Part shown: positions 1 through 9,336 of the stretch, piece after piece | Numbering within the stretch: the first letter of the stretch is position 1 | How the letters are laid out: the number at the start of each line of letters is the position of its first letter | Origin: Chlamydiota bacterium | Lineage (GTDB): Bacteria; Auribacterota; JACPWU01 | Assembly: GCA_016196885.1 (NCBI GenBank) | Contig: JACPWU010000032.1 | Location: forward strand, 1-32,000 | Length of the DNA stretch: 32,000 nt | Reading direction: 5' to 3' | Translations under genes and position numbers: made by a program | The notes under the pieces: model-generated | The model's input: the letters and a program-made list of their open reading frames with translations, nothing else | The model's database searches: none | What the model was told of the DNA's origin: nothing

Positions 1-2785
1 ATGGGTCTTGCACCTTGTATTTTAGAGCCAAGTAGGGATACTTGTTTAAATCAATCCACTGCGCTCCCCCTAAACGTCCTTCATCCCCTATCAACTCTGG
101 GCCAGGATTTAAATATTGAATCTTTACAAACTCATCTTCGGTACCATCAAAATATGCATGAATCTTCCAACTGCTACTCTTGACCACGCTACGATAAGAA
201 CACCTCATTGCCTGAACCTGCATTTTGCGAACCCCTTGTAGACCTTTATAAAAACGCCCCTTTTTCAAAAATGGAGCAAGATAAACCTTCACAAATTTCT
301 CTCCTGTTTTCTTAAAAGTTTCTTTCCTGGAAAACTGCCCCATCAAATCATAAGACTGATCGCAGCGTAAGGCTATATCAAAGGACTGGATTCCTTGCTT
401 CTCCTGGGGACAAAAAAGATAGCTGATATCTTTTCCTTTTAATTTCTGAGCCAGCTCTTCAAACCTTTCTCTCGGACAAAACACAACCTCATATTCTCCC
501 TGCCTACACATTTTAACGTAATGCCCAAGAACTCCCTTGCACACTTGATGTCCTCCCTTTTCTAGCCTCACCTCACCCGATTTCTGCCACCCCATCCTAT
601 TTTTAGCATCCATTTGTTCCAAGATGACAGAGTCCACTTGAATCAGATTCCAATCAGTATCTTTGGAACCCTCCTTCGAACGAATCCAAACTTCATAAAT
701 ACCCGATTTCTTCACCTCAAAATACTCACTTTCTAAATCACTCAATGTAAGAGCGCAAACCCCGTGTGTCCCTATTGCCTCAATCCCAACCTTTCTTTGA
801 GACGTTTCAAAGAGAGCCTCCCCTTTTAACCCCTCCAGCACCCAGTCATTGAACCGACGATTCACCAACAAAATCTGACTCCATTTTTCCGAAAGAATAT
901 CCTTCCACCCTTCATGCAAAACTTCTTGATTTTGCCACTCAGGAAACACCCATGCGACAGGCTGCTCAAATAAGGGACTTTGAGCCAAGGGAAGCAAAAA
1001 AGCGAGAGAACCCTCGATCCAAAAGCCATGGACAGCACCATAAATATGGGGAAGAACATACTCATCTTTTAAATCATACAATGATATCGCCCCTGAAATT
1101 GTTTGATCCTTGCTATAAATTTGAGAGTTGTTAAAAATATCTTCCATTTCCTGAAGGGTTTCTTTCTCCAAAAATCCAAATCGAGGATAAAGGTCTTTGT
1201 TAATCATAACTTGATTAATGTGGTACAAAGACAACAAACGATGAAAAAAAGGTTTGGAAATACTTCTAAATAAAACGTCAAAATTGAGGTTGAAAAGTCT
1301 TGAATAGGCTGCAACAAAGCCCTTGTTGAGGGCGTAGAGAATCGGATCCATCCCCTGATAATATTTATTTTCGTGGTTGAGCAAGGTAACTCCATAATTA
1401 TGACTCCCGGGCAAACTCAGGACACGGCCCTCTCCAGGGACTTCATTGATCTTGCGAACAGCCGCCTGATATTCCGGTTTGTACACAAATTTGCTGGAGA
1501 CGTATTTCCCATCTGTGATTTCAGAGTCTGGCATAAAATTTAAAGTCCAATAGGGAAGGCTACAAACAACCAAGTAAAGGATCAAGGGCATTGACATCCA
1601 TCCTTTGCGATCCCCCTTCAAAAGCAACCCCAGATAAAGAGCTAGAAGAAAAATCAGCAAAACCCCAAATTTTTCCAGGGGGCTTTTAAAAAGGGTAAAA
1701 AATGGAATGTGTTCCATCAAAAATATATACGCATCTTTGAAGGGATCATTGTACCCCTTGTTTAAAAATACGACTCCCAAGATGAAAAAGGCTATCCATG
1801 GAAGACTTTTCTTCCAACGCAAATTCCTTTGAAGAAGTCCGAAAGCCAGCAACATAAACGGAATGAGCAAAAAAATTCTTACCCCCGGATGGTAATAAAA
1901 GCGAGTAAAAAAATACTCATTGAAATGCCTAGACCAAAAATAAGGCACCAACGTGGTGAGACTGAACAACTTGTTCATCATGAGACCATCTCCAACAGCA
2001 TACTTGGCCCATTCCACAGCAGAGTCTGCGTGATAAAAGGAGGCAACACTTTGCAATTGAAATTGAACGAGAGGCAAAAACCACCACGCATTGAATAAGA
2101 CAAAGCTTACTTCTAGACAGATGAAGTTGACTATCATCCTTTTAAGATCAACCCTATTTCTTAAAATCATAGAAGCAATCCATAAGAAAATAAAAATGGA
2201 AATATGAAAAACACCCAGGTAGGGAATATTCGAAAAACAAAAACTCACCAAAAAAGAAAACAAGCCAAAATAAATAAAAAGCCTTCGAGAATCATCAAAA
2301 TACTTATAAATGAGACCAAAAGTAACAGGTAAGACGAAATTGGGTGCACAATTCCAAAACATCGCACTTGACAAGTGGTAGGTAGAAATCGGATTCAAAA
2401 GATAGAATAGCGCCCCTAAGCTGGCATGCAGCAAACGAATTTTTAACACCCTTCTCAAGACAAGATACATCGCCGCAAATGGCAAGAAATAGACTAAGAA
2501 AACGCTGATCAAATTGACTGTTTTTAGAGACAAAGAAAGTGATCTCAGAAATGAAAAGAGATCGAAAATACCAAAGAAAAAATGAGGGGTGGGCTGAATA
2601 CCCCCTGTCCCCATCATCAAACTGTTCCATGTATAGCAGCCGCTCTTGGCCGCCGTCGTAAAGTCCAAAAAATAATTCCCCTCACCTCCCAAAATTAGAT
2701 ACCCTCCCGCATACAAGGCAAGAAGAACGATTAAGATAAGACCGAAAAGAAAAAGAACTAGAAAATCAGCGCATTTTTGAGTCAT
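1..2785 (-). CDS. Large integral-membrane protein, GT-C-like glycosyltransferase candidate (AftD/DUF3367- or YfhO-like architecture). The 3' end runs off the window.
   Basis: Not in the supplied ORF track. Manual reverse-complement translation from ATG 2785..2783 (MTQKCADFLVLFLFGLILIVLLALYAGG...) stays open for 928 codons down to position 1. An in-frame TAA at 2818..2816 closes the frame upstream. The first ~470 aa have many hydrophobic segments (FLVYFLPFAAMYLVL, IYFGLFSFLVSFCF, VLLIFLLALYLGLLL). The rest is hydrophilic. The family assignment rests on architecture only. Confidence 0.85.
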   Translation of the reverse strand, partial: MTQKCADFLVLFLFGLILIVLLALYAGGYLILGGEGNYFLDFTTAAKSGCYTWNSLMMGTGGIQPTPHFFFGIFDLFSFLRSLSLSLKTVNLISVFLVYFLPFAAMYLVLRRVLKIRLLHASLGALFYLLNPISTYHLSSAMFWNCAPNFVLPVTFGLIYKYFDDSRRLFIYFGLFSFLVSFCFSNIPYLGVFHISIFIFLWIASMILRNRVDLKRMIVNFICLEVSFVLFNAWWFLPLVQFQLQSVASFYHADSAVEWAKYAVGDGLMMNKLFSLTTLVPYFWSRHFNEYFFTRFYYHPGVRIFLLIPFMLLAFGLLQRNLRWKKSLPWIAFFILGVVFLNKGYNDPFKDAYIFLMEHIPFFTLFKSPLEKFGVLLIFLLALYLGLLLKGDRKGWMSMPLILYLVVCSLPYWTLNFMPDSEITDGKYVSSKFVYKPEYQAAVRKINEVPGEGRVLSLPGSHNYGVTLLNHENKYYQGMDPILYALNKGFVAAYSRLFNLNFDVLFRSISKPFFHRLLSLYHINQVMINKDLYPRFGFLEKETLQEMEDIFNNSQIYSKDQTISGAISLYDLKDEYVLPHIYGAVHGFWIEGSLAFLLPLAQSPLFEQPVAWVFPEWQNQEVLHEGWKDILSEKWSQILLVNRRFNDWVLEGLKGEALFETSQRKVGIEAIGTHGVCALTLSDLESEYFEVKKSGIYEVWIRSKEGSKDTDWNLIQVDSVILEQMDAKNRMGWQKSGEVRLEKGGHQVCKGVLGHYVKMCRQGEYEVVFCPRERFEELAQKLKGKDISYLFCPQEKQGIQSFDIALRCDQSYDLMGQFSRKETFKKTGEKFVKVYLAPFLKKGRFYKGLQGVRKMQVQAMRCSYRSVVKSSSWKIHAYFDGTEDEFVKIQYLNPGPELIGDEGRLGGAQWIDLNKYPYLALKYKVQDP

Positions 2786-2896
2786 AGAAATTCTGAATTT
2801 CTGCCTCTTGCAATATTATATTCAAAATTTTTTGGCCTTATGATACCATGAAAAGCTCTTTTAATAAGGCAAATCCTACGAATACAGACTGGAAAC

Positions 2897-4171
2897 GTGA
2901 AAACCATGGATCGTAAAAAAATTAAGACGGATGCTAAAAAATATCTTTTGAAAAAGTGCCGAATCTGCGCGAGCGACCGACTGTATACCTTTGTCTCTTT
3001 GGGGGCCATGCCTATTCCCAATGGATTTTTATCCAAAGAAGAGCTGGGGAAGAAAGAACCTTATTATCCTCTTGAGACCTGTGTGTGTGAATCTTGCTGG
3101 CTTGTTCAACTGAGTCATGTGATCCCTCCAGAACTGATGTTCAAAAACTACCTTTATATCCCTTCCACCTCCATCACCATGCTCGATCATTTCAGAAACA
3201 TGGCGGAGGAGGCCATTCAAAGTTATCGACTCAAACCCGGTGATCGAGTCATGGATATTGGGAGCAATGACGGGTCTTTGCTATCCTTTTTTAAAGAGCA
3301 AGAAATGAAGGTGTTTGGGATTGACCCCGCCTCTAATTTAGCTCAACTGGCTAGACTGAAGGGGATTGACACCCTGGATGACTTTTTCACGGAGGAACTG
3401 GCTAAGCGTGTGGTCCCAGAAAAGGGACATGCCAAGGTGATCACAGCCACCAATGTCGTCGCCCATGTCAACAACTTGCATGACCTTTGCGAGGGCGTGC
3501 GTCTTCTTTTAGACAAAGAGGGTGTTTTTATCTGCGAATTTCCATACCTACCCGATCTCATCAGCAAAAATGAGTTTGACACGATCTACCATGAGCATCT
3601 GTCTTATTTTTCCATTCAACCCCTCATCACCCTTTTTAAAAAACACAACCTCCATATCATCAACATCAAAAAAACATCCGTCCATGGTGGATCCATTCGT
3701 ATCCACGTTGCCCCCCAAAACTCGTCCCATCAACCGACAAACAGGGTTCAAGAATTCATACGCGAAGAAGCTTTAAGAAAAATAAACAGCCGATCCCTTT
3801 ACGAAGACTTCGGTCGTCGGGTTAAAGTGATCAAACGAGACCTGATTAACTATCTCAAGAAATTGAAGAACCAAGGGAAAAAAATCGTAGGATATGGCGC
3901 TTCAGCCAAGGGGAACGTACTCCTAAACTACTGCAACATCGGAACGAATCTCATTGAATATATTGTAGATTCTATCCCCTACAAACAGGGACGCTACACA
4001 CCTGGGACACACATCCCTATTCATGCAGAAAATAAACTGGAAAAAGACATGCCAGATTATGCCCTGTTAATGGCCTGGAATTTCGCAGAAGAAATTTTAA
4101 GAAAACAGGTGAAATATAGAGAAAAAGGTGGACAGTTTATCATCACCATTCCCTATCTACGTGTTGAATAA
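2897..4171 (+). CDS. Class I SAM-dependent methyltransferase of the Zn-ribbon plus C-methyltransferase family (TylCIII/NDP-hexose C-methyltransferase-like)
   Basis: N-terminal 4-Cys pattern CRIC...CESC, SAM-binding VMDIGSNDG, and a C-terminal C-methyltransferase-like region (GYGASAKGNVLLNY). The track start is GTG 2897. ATG 2906 (MDRKKIK) is the more likely start. Confidence 0.8.
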   Translation: MKTMDRKKIKTDAKKYLLKKCRICASDRLYTFVSLGAMPIPNGFLSKEELGKKEPYYPLETCVCESCWLVQLSHVIPPELMFKNYLYIPSTSITMLDHFRNMAEEAIQSYRLKPGDRVMDIGSNDGSLLSFFKEQEMKVFGIDPASNLAQLARLKGIDTLDDFFTEELAKRVVPEKGHAKVITATNVVAHVNNLHDLCEGVRLLLDKEGVFICEFPYLPDLISKNEFDTIYHEHLSYFSIQPLITLFKKHNLHIINIKKTSVHGGSIRIHVAPQNSSHQPTNRVQEFIREEALRKINSRSLYEDFGRRVKVIKRDLINYLKKLKNQGKKIVGYGASAKGNVLLNYCNIGTNLIEYIVDSIPYKQGRYTPGTHIPIHAENKLEKDMPDYALLMAWNFAEEILRKQVKYREKGGQFIITIPYLRVE

Positions 4172-5206
4172 GGGAACTCCCGTCCCTTTCAACCTTCTGG
4201 CAAGGACACGATTTTTATATTCCTCCACCATCTTGATCAAAATTCTCCTAGGAATCACCAGAACTCCGAGAGAGAAAAACAAGAACTTGGGGCTGAATAC
4301 ATTGAGCCAGCGATAACGCAACAGGAAAAAAATTTCTCGAATCAGAATTTTAAATGTACTGTAGTTTTTAATTTGAATCAGTCCCTCATAATGGGTTGCA
4401 ATCTGCTCAATTCCCACCCGCTTCACCTCTTTATACGAGGCATCCGCGAAAACCGTTTCAAACATCTTGACCCAACTTGCCGTCGGAGAAATTTCGTAGA
4501 TACTCGATTTGAAACGGGTCTGACTGGAGCTGATCCTCACCGCTACCGTGTAATCCTTGAGGAAAACAATCTTGTATTTCTTACAAATCGAGGCAAAAGG
4601 ATAAATGTGTGTTGGAAAGATCTCGTCATGAAAAACTGTGTCTAAATATTTGATTCTGTATGCCAACCCAGATACTTGTCCTACAGATTCAAAAACCTTT
4701 TTGACCACTCTAGGCCCATCCAAGATGGAGATGACAGCATCCCTCCTCTCATCATAAGGGGTCACAGCTCGAACGGGTTTGAGAACATCCTCGTCGAACC
4801 AATAATAAGGACGGGTGACAACACCAATTTGAGAATCCTGGAGAAAGGCATGATAGGTCTTCTCCAAGGCACCCTTCAAAAGGATGTCGTCCTGACTCAT
4901 AAAAAAAAGGATATCATAATTCTCGCCTGCCAACTCCCTGAGCCTCTGAAGATTCCTCCCGCATCCCAAATTCTCTTTATTCTTGTGAATGATTTTAATC
5001 CTTGAATCCTTCACAGCTCGAATCACATCCAAGGTTGCATCTTTGGAGTTATCATCAGAGACAATGATTTCAAAATTTTTAAAACTCTGATTAAAAATAC
5101 TTTGAAGGGTCTCACCCATCCATGGAGCCCCATTGTAGGTTGGAATACAAATCGCTAACCTCAAAGATTCTGTCATAAAAGAACTCCCCTCTTTTCTGAT
5201 TCTCAA
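4157..5206 (-). CDS. GT2 family glycosyltransferase
   Basis: LAICIPTYNGAPWMGETLQSIFNQSFKNFEIIVSDDNSKD is a typical GT2 N-terminus, and an SQDD acidic motif is present. The track start is TTG 5206. ATG 5176 (MTESLRL) follows a strong SD (AGAGGGGAG) and is the likelier start. Confidence 0.85.
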   Translation of the reverse strand: MRIRKEGSSFMTESLRLAICIPTYNGAPWMGETLQSIFNQSFKNFEIIVSDDNSKDATLDVIRAVKDSRIKIIHKNKENLGCGRNLQRLRELAGENYDILFFMSQDDILLKGALEKTYHAFLQDSQIGVVTRPYYWFDEDVLKPVRAVTPYDERRDAVISILDGPRVVKKVFESVGQVSGLAYRIKYLDTVFHDEIFPTHIYPFASICKKYKIVFLKDYTVAVRISSSQTRFKSSIYEISPTASWVKMFETVFADASYKEVKRVGIEQIATHYEGLIQIKNYSTFKILIREIFFLLRYRWLNVFSPKFLFFSLGVLVIPRRILIKMVEEYKNRVLARRLKGTGVPLFNT

Positions 5207-6363
5207 GACCTCAAAGATGAAAACAAGCGAATGGTTTTTTCAACGGTAGATGACAAAGAGTATTGCTCCCTGACCAAGGTCGAAGCCCGACGCCCTAAGG
5301 ACTGAGCCAGCACAGGATCCGCAAGCAAACACTCTATGGCCTTTGCAATCTGTCCCGCCTCTGGGGAAACTAAAATAGCTTCTTCACCATTTTTTAACAT
5401 ATGCTGTATCTCTCCCATATTTGTCGTAATCACGGGCTTGCCCATAGCCATCGCCTCGAAGAGAGACCTAGAAGTGGTAACCGCATAAGTAAAAGGCAAC
5501 ACAATCAAATCTGAGGCAGCAATATACTGTGGGATCTCTGTAAAAGAAGTAAATGGCATAAATTCCACCTCATTTAAAACTTGTAAATCCTCGGCCAGCG
5601 CCTCAACCTCTTTTCGGCCCCAGCCAGATCCGAGCAACAGTTTGACTTTTATTTTTGGTTTTAGCAAAGCGATTGAACGAACCAAAAGCTTTGCCGATTC
5701 AGAATTGGGAAAATAAAGTGGCTTCGCAAAAACAATGAAAGGATGATTCGCAGCATACTTCTCTTTAATCTGGTCTCCTTTCACCCCGGGATGATAGACA
5801 TCCGTATTGATGCCCCCAGGAATGATCACCATTTTATCCTCGGACAAATTCCAAGACTTGATATGGCTGTTCCAATAATATTCCGACCAACAAATAACTC
5901 TATCGATTGGAACCTTTTTCATCAAGAAACGAACACACCGATAATGCAAACGGTCCAACCAAGATCCACTCTCGTTTAACATTTCAATGGTACAAACCAA
6001 AGGGACTCCGTAAATCCTCTTTAAATACCACCCTGCTAGAAGACCCCTGGGTCCAATAGAGTTGACCACATCCACATGATGCAATGGCCGAGAGAAAATG
6101 ACGCGGCACAAGGCAAAAAGCATAAAAAGTATATCCTCTACTAATCTGAAGGTAAAAAAGGGCACCCAGAAAATTTTCAAATTTTTCGGTTTTTCAAAAG
6201 GGGAGTTCGGAAAACGTGAAGCGATGAGAAAGACTTCCCGAACTGATCTAGACAGGCTACCCAGGAATTCCTGAAAATAAGAGCCCGACGGATACAGAGG
6301 ATACCTGAAATAAATGAATAGGACTTTGTTCACCGCCCTAGAAGCTGGCTTAACAAAATTCAC
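5203..6363 (-). CDS. GT4 (GT-B fold) glycosyltransferase
   Basis: C-terminal EAMAMGKPVITTNMGEIQHMLKNGEEAILV motif. The track start 6417 overlaps the upstream gene by 58 nt. GTG 6363..6361 forms a GTGA overlap with the upstream stop and is the likelier start. Confidence 0.8.
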   Translation of the reverse strand: MNFVKPASRAVNKVLFIYFRYPLYPSGSYFQEFLGSLSRSVREVFLIASRFPNSPFEKPKNLKIFWVPFFTFRLVEDILFMLFALCRVIFSRPLHHVDVVNSIGPRGLLAGWYLKRIYGVPLVCTIEMLNESGSWLDRLHYRCVRFLMKKVPIDRVICWSEYYWNSHIKSWNLSEDKMVIIPGGINTDVYHPGVKGDQIKEKYAANHPFIVFAKPLYFPNSESAKLLVRSIALLKPKIKVKLLLGSGWGRKEVEALAEDLQVLNEVEFMPFTSFTEIPQYIAASDLIVLPFTYAVTTSRSLFEAMAMGKPVITTNMGEIQHMLKNGEEAILVSPEAGQIAKAIECLLADPVLAQSLGRRASTLVREQYSLSSTVEKTIRLFSSLRS

Positions 6364-7508
6364 GATCGACCTCCTCCAGCTATCAATTCCAATTCCCTCT
6401 GTGCAATCTGGTCCCAATCATACCCTTCAACAACCTTGTTTGTCCCTTGAATAAGCTCTTCGCATAATTTTGGATTATCCAATAAACGTAACACGGCCCT
6501 TGAAAACTCAGGTTTGTCGCCAAGAGAAATTCTGACCATTCCTAAGGGAAACACCTCTCGGTAAACCGGTAAATCCCAAGCTACTATAGGCAATCCACAG
6601 GCCATGGCTTCCAAAATCGCCATCCCAAAACCCTCCTCGTAACTTGGAAAGACAAATACTTTACTAAATTTTACAATACGGAAAGCCTCTTCATCCTCTA
6701 AATAGCCCAGAACATGAATCTGATCTTCCAAACCCGCATCTTTTATTTTCTTTTTCAACTCTTTTCCAAACACGTTCTCCGCATCCCCAATCATCGCAAG
6801 CTTGGATTGGGACCTTGAGGCACAAACCTTTTTCCATATATCAACTAAATCAAAAATTCCTTTAGAAGGATGGAGCCTACCCAAAAAGACTGCATCATAG
6901 CTTTTTGGGTCTTCTCTCTCCAAAGATTTAAAGTAATTCACATCAATTCCTGGATAATTCACAAAAACTTTATTCGAATCAAAACCTCTCTGAAGCAATT
7001 CCTCCCTTAAAAATTTATTATCTACAATCACCCAATCAGCAAATCTCTTAATTAAGAAAAAACTAACCTTCTGAGCATAATGAGGGATCCAGCGCTGCGA
7101 GGGAATGAGATGAAAAATCCTTTGAACCCATCGAACGTCTCTCTTCCAGTGCAAAACTTTTCGATAGAAGGCGGGAAGAACATCGGGTAAAAAATCTGAA
7201 GTCGCGTATAAGATATCTTCCGATTCAATACTGATCTTTAACCTAAAAGATTTAATAATTCTTTGAAGATATGAAAAAATCACTCTTCTAAATAATTTTT
7301 CCCTTGTAGTGATTAGATATTCGGCCACCAATTTTTTAGACTTGCACGCCTCTTCGCCTAAGAGAGAAGTGACCACCACCTTGTCAAATGAATCCATTCT
7401 CTTCGCAATTTCAATAAAACATGCGTCTCCACCACTCATGCCTTTAGAAAATGAATTCATAAAAGCAATGAGCTTCTTATTTTTTTTAAAACACCCATGC
7501 GTTTTCAA
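6360..7508 (-). CDS. GT4 glycosyltransferase
   Basis: EGFGMAILEAMACGLPIVAWDLPVYREVF motif and N-terminal KKLIAFMNSFSKGMSGGD. A TTG start is inferred because no ATG precedes the conserved N-terminus. Confidence 0.8.
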   Translation of the reverse strand: MKTHGCFKKNKKLIAFMNSFSKGMSGGDACFIEIAKRMDSFDKVVVTSLLGEEACKSKKLVAEYLITTREKLFRRVIFSYLQRIIKSFRLKISIESEDILYATSDFLPDVLPAFYRKVLHWKRDVRWVQRIFHLIPSQRWIPHYAQKVSFFLIKRFADWVIVDNKFLREELLQRGFDSNKVFVNYPGIDVNYFKSLEREDPKSYDAVFLGRLHPSKGIFDLVDIWKKVCASRSQSKLAMIGDAENVFGKELKKKIKDAGLEDQIHVLGYLEDEEAFRIVKFSKVFVFPSYEEGFGMAILEAMACGLPIVAWDLPVYREVFPLGMVRISLGDKPEFSRAVLRLLDNPKLCEELIQGTNKVVEGYDWDQIAQRELELIAGGGRS

Positions 7509-7619
7509 AACCCTATTGTTTCCGATGGTATTTATTCAATCATCCGTGTTTCAAAAAAATTGAAGAAGAGATCGCGTAATTTGATCTTCATAGAAAAACT
7601 CGTATCCAAATCTATTTTC

Positions 7620-8274
7620 TCATGTTTTTAACAAATGTACTTCCCAATAATTTGAAAGATTTTTGAGAAGCCTAGGAACGCGGGTTAAAAATACACTGAA
7701 AGGTACATGAGGCACATTATGAATGCCAAAAACAAGAGAAATAATTTTAAAATCTGAGAAAGGGCTGAGTCCTATCAACCTTCTAAGATCTTGTTCCGTA
7801 TATTCTCTGACATGCTCCCACCATGGAAATTTCCTCTTTCCTGTAAAAAACTCAATCAATTGACGAGCCAATCTCTTACAATTAGGAGTGTTCAATATTG
7901 CACGCCCCCCCTTTCAAAACGGCATACAATTCGTGCAATGCCTTTAGATCATCTTGAACATGTTCGATGACATGAGAGCTAACAACAATATCGATACTTT
8001 CAGGTTTCACAACCTGTGTTAGATTCTGCCAGTCTCCAACGAGATATTCGACATTGCTAGAATTTTGGGGAACTCGGTCCGGAAAATACTCAATTCCTAT
8101 AAGCCGATGACAATGTTTCGCTAACTCTACAGTCCTTTCTCTAACAGATGCTCCTATTTCAAGAACAGTGAAAGTCTCCTTGACATAACTTTTGTAAGAC
8201 GCTTGAAAATGCTCCCAATCAAAAGGGTCCTTCTGCCCCAAGTACATCCTAAAAGGTAAGATAGTACGTGTCAT
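7620..8274 (-). pseudogene. Class I SAM-dependent methyltransferase (Methyltransf_11-like) split into two ORFs by a 1-nt frameshift in a G7 run
   Basis: ORF 7882..8274 carries VLEIGAS...IDIVVSSHVIEHVQD...LYAVLKGG and then stops. ORF 7620..7895 continues in the adjacent frame. Read with one G fewer, the junction becomes LKGGRAILNTPN, which is the canonical post-SAM-domain motif. Confidence 0.75.
7905..7911. repeat. C7 (G7 on the coding strand) homopolymer at the methyltransferase frameshift point
   Basis: Counted directly in cacgCCCCCCCtttc. The downstream-ORF frame is open back to a TGA at 7916..7914. Confidence 0.9.
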
Positions 8275-8314
8275 GAATAATACCTTTCAAATCACTTCTA
8301 CAATGATGTAGAGC

Positions 8315-9331
8315 TCACTGCTTCCAAAAAGTTCGTTCCAACTTACCACTCTTGCCACAAGAACTTGAAACAGTCCTCCAACCATACTCCCACAAAGTGA
8401 GCCAACAAGCAAGCGGATGGAAAAACCATGCTAAATCAGGCTTTTTGAAAAAACCCTTTAGGGCCTGAACCCATAAAGGAAGAACTGTAAGGCAAAAAAA
8501 CACAAATTTCACCAACTTTGTCGAATGGGTCGTTTTCCAAGGATATTTCCGAACCCCCAATCCCATATAATACAAATAATCCTTAATTCGACGCCTCTGC
8601 TTACGAATAAACTGTTTTACATTAGATCCACAAAAAAGATGAACAATACCCACCTTAACCTTTGCGAATTTAACCGGACCTTCATCAACCAAACACGCAA
8701 GAATATCAATGTCAAAAAAATAATCGTTTACCAAGACACTATCGTTAAAAATCTTGCGTCTAAAAAGAGTCCCATTCGCGCCAATGGTGGGAATTTTATT
8801 CGGAAGAAGCGTCAGTTTTATCCAATCACCCTGATCCTCTTCTTGAACAGGGAGGTCTGTCCATCTTCCTGTCAGGACGCTTTTCTTATCGTAATTTCCT
8901 AGAAAGAGACAAATGGGGTCATTCATTCCCAACAATGCGCAATAACGATCAATAAAACCGTCTCCCTTGCGATAAGTAAATTCCCAAGGCTCACTTCCGA
9001 CAACTTCAGAATCCTCAAAAGGCTTGACCATTTTCAAAAGCCAATCCTCGCTGGGCAAAATATTATCCGAGTCAATCAAAGCCACCAATTCGCTCACAGC
9101 CTGCTTAACACCGACGGCTTTGCCTGCTTCCCCTGTCTTTAAAGGATTTTGAAAGATTTTGGCCCTATATTTGTTTGCTATTTCCAAAGTGGAATCGCGG
9201 GACCCCCCATCTGCAACAATGATCTCAACCAAATGGTTAGGATAGTTCTGTTTTGAAATAGAATGGAGACACTGATCTAGAACACGCTCACTGTTCAAAG
9301 TAGGAATAACAATAGAAACGGAAGGAAGCAT
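8315..9331 (-). CDS. GT2 family glycosyltransferase
   Basis: VSIVIPTLNSERVLDQCLHSISKQNYPNHLVEIIVADGGSRDST and IDSDN motifs. Confidence 0.85.
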   Translation of the reverse strand: MLPSVSIVIPTLNSERVLDQCLHSISKQNYPNHLVEIIVADGGSRDSTLEIANKYRAKIFQNPLKTGEAGKAVGVKQAVSELVALIDSDNILPSEDWLLKMVKPFEDSEVVGSEPWEFTYRKGDGFIDRYCALLGMNDPICLFLGNYDKKSVLTGRWTDLPVQEEDQGDWIKLTLLPNKIPTIGANGTLFRRKIFNDSVLVNDYFFDIDILACLVDEGPVKFAKVKVGIVHLFCGSNVKQFIRKQRRRIKDYLYYMGLGVRKYPWKTTHSTKLVKFVFFCLTVLPLWVQALKGFFKKPDLAWFFHPLACWLTLWEYGWRTVSSSCGKSGKLERTFWKQ

Positions 9332-9336
9332 AGAGA

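Noticed and set aside
1-183. 60-aa plus-strand ORF at the window start, and the other 60-108 aa ORFs listed between 860 and 3036
   Set aside because: All lie inside or antisense to the continuous 928-codon minus-strand frame. They have no SD, motif or family resemblance, so I treat them as spurious.
6364-6417. Long N-terminal extension of the GT4 at 5203..6417
   Set aside because: It would overlap the upstream gene by 58 nt. A GTG at 6363 gives a GTGA stop/start overlap, and the conserved part of the protein starts after it.
7882-7916. Programmed +1 ribosomal frameshifting as the explanation for the split methyltransferase
   Set aside because: I saw no recognisable stimulatory context such as a rare or stop codon in the 0 frame with an upstream SD-like element. 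Slippage mutation or a sequencing error at the homopolymer is more parsimonious. Sequence alone cannot exclude frameshifting.
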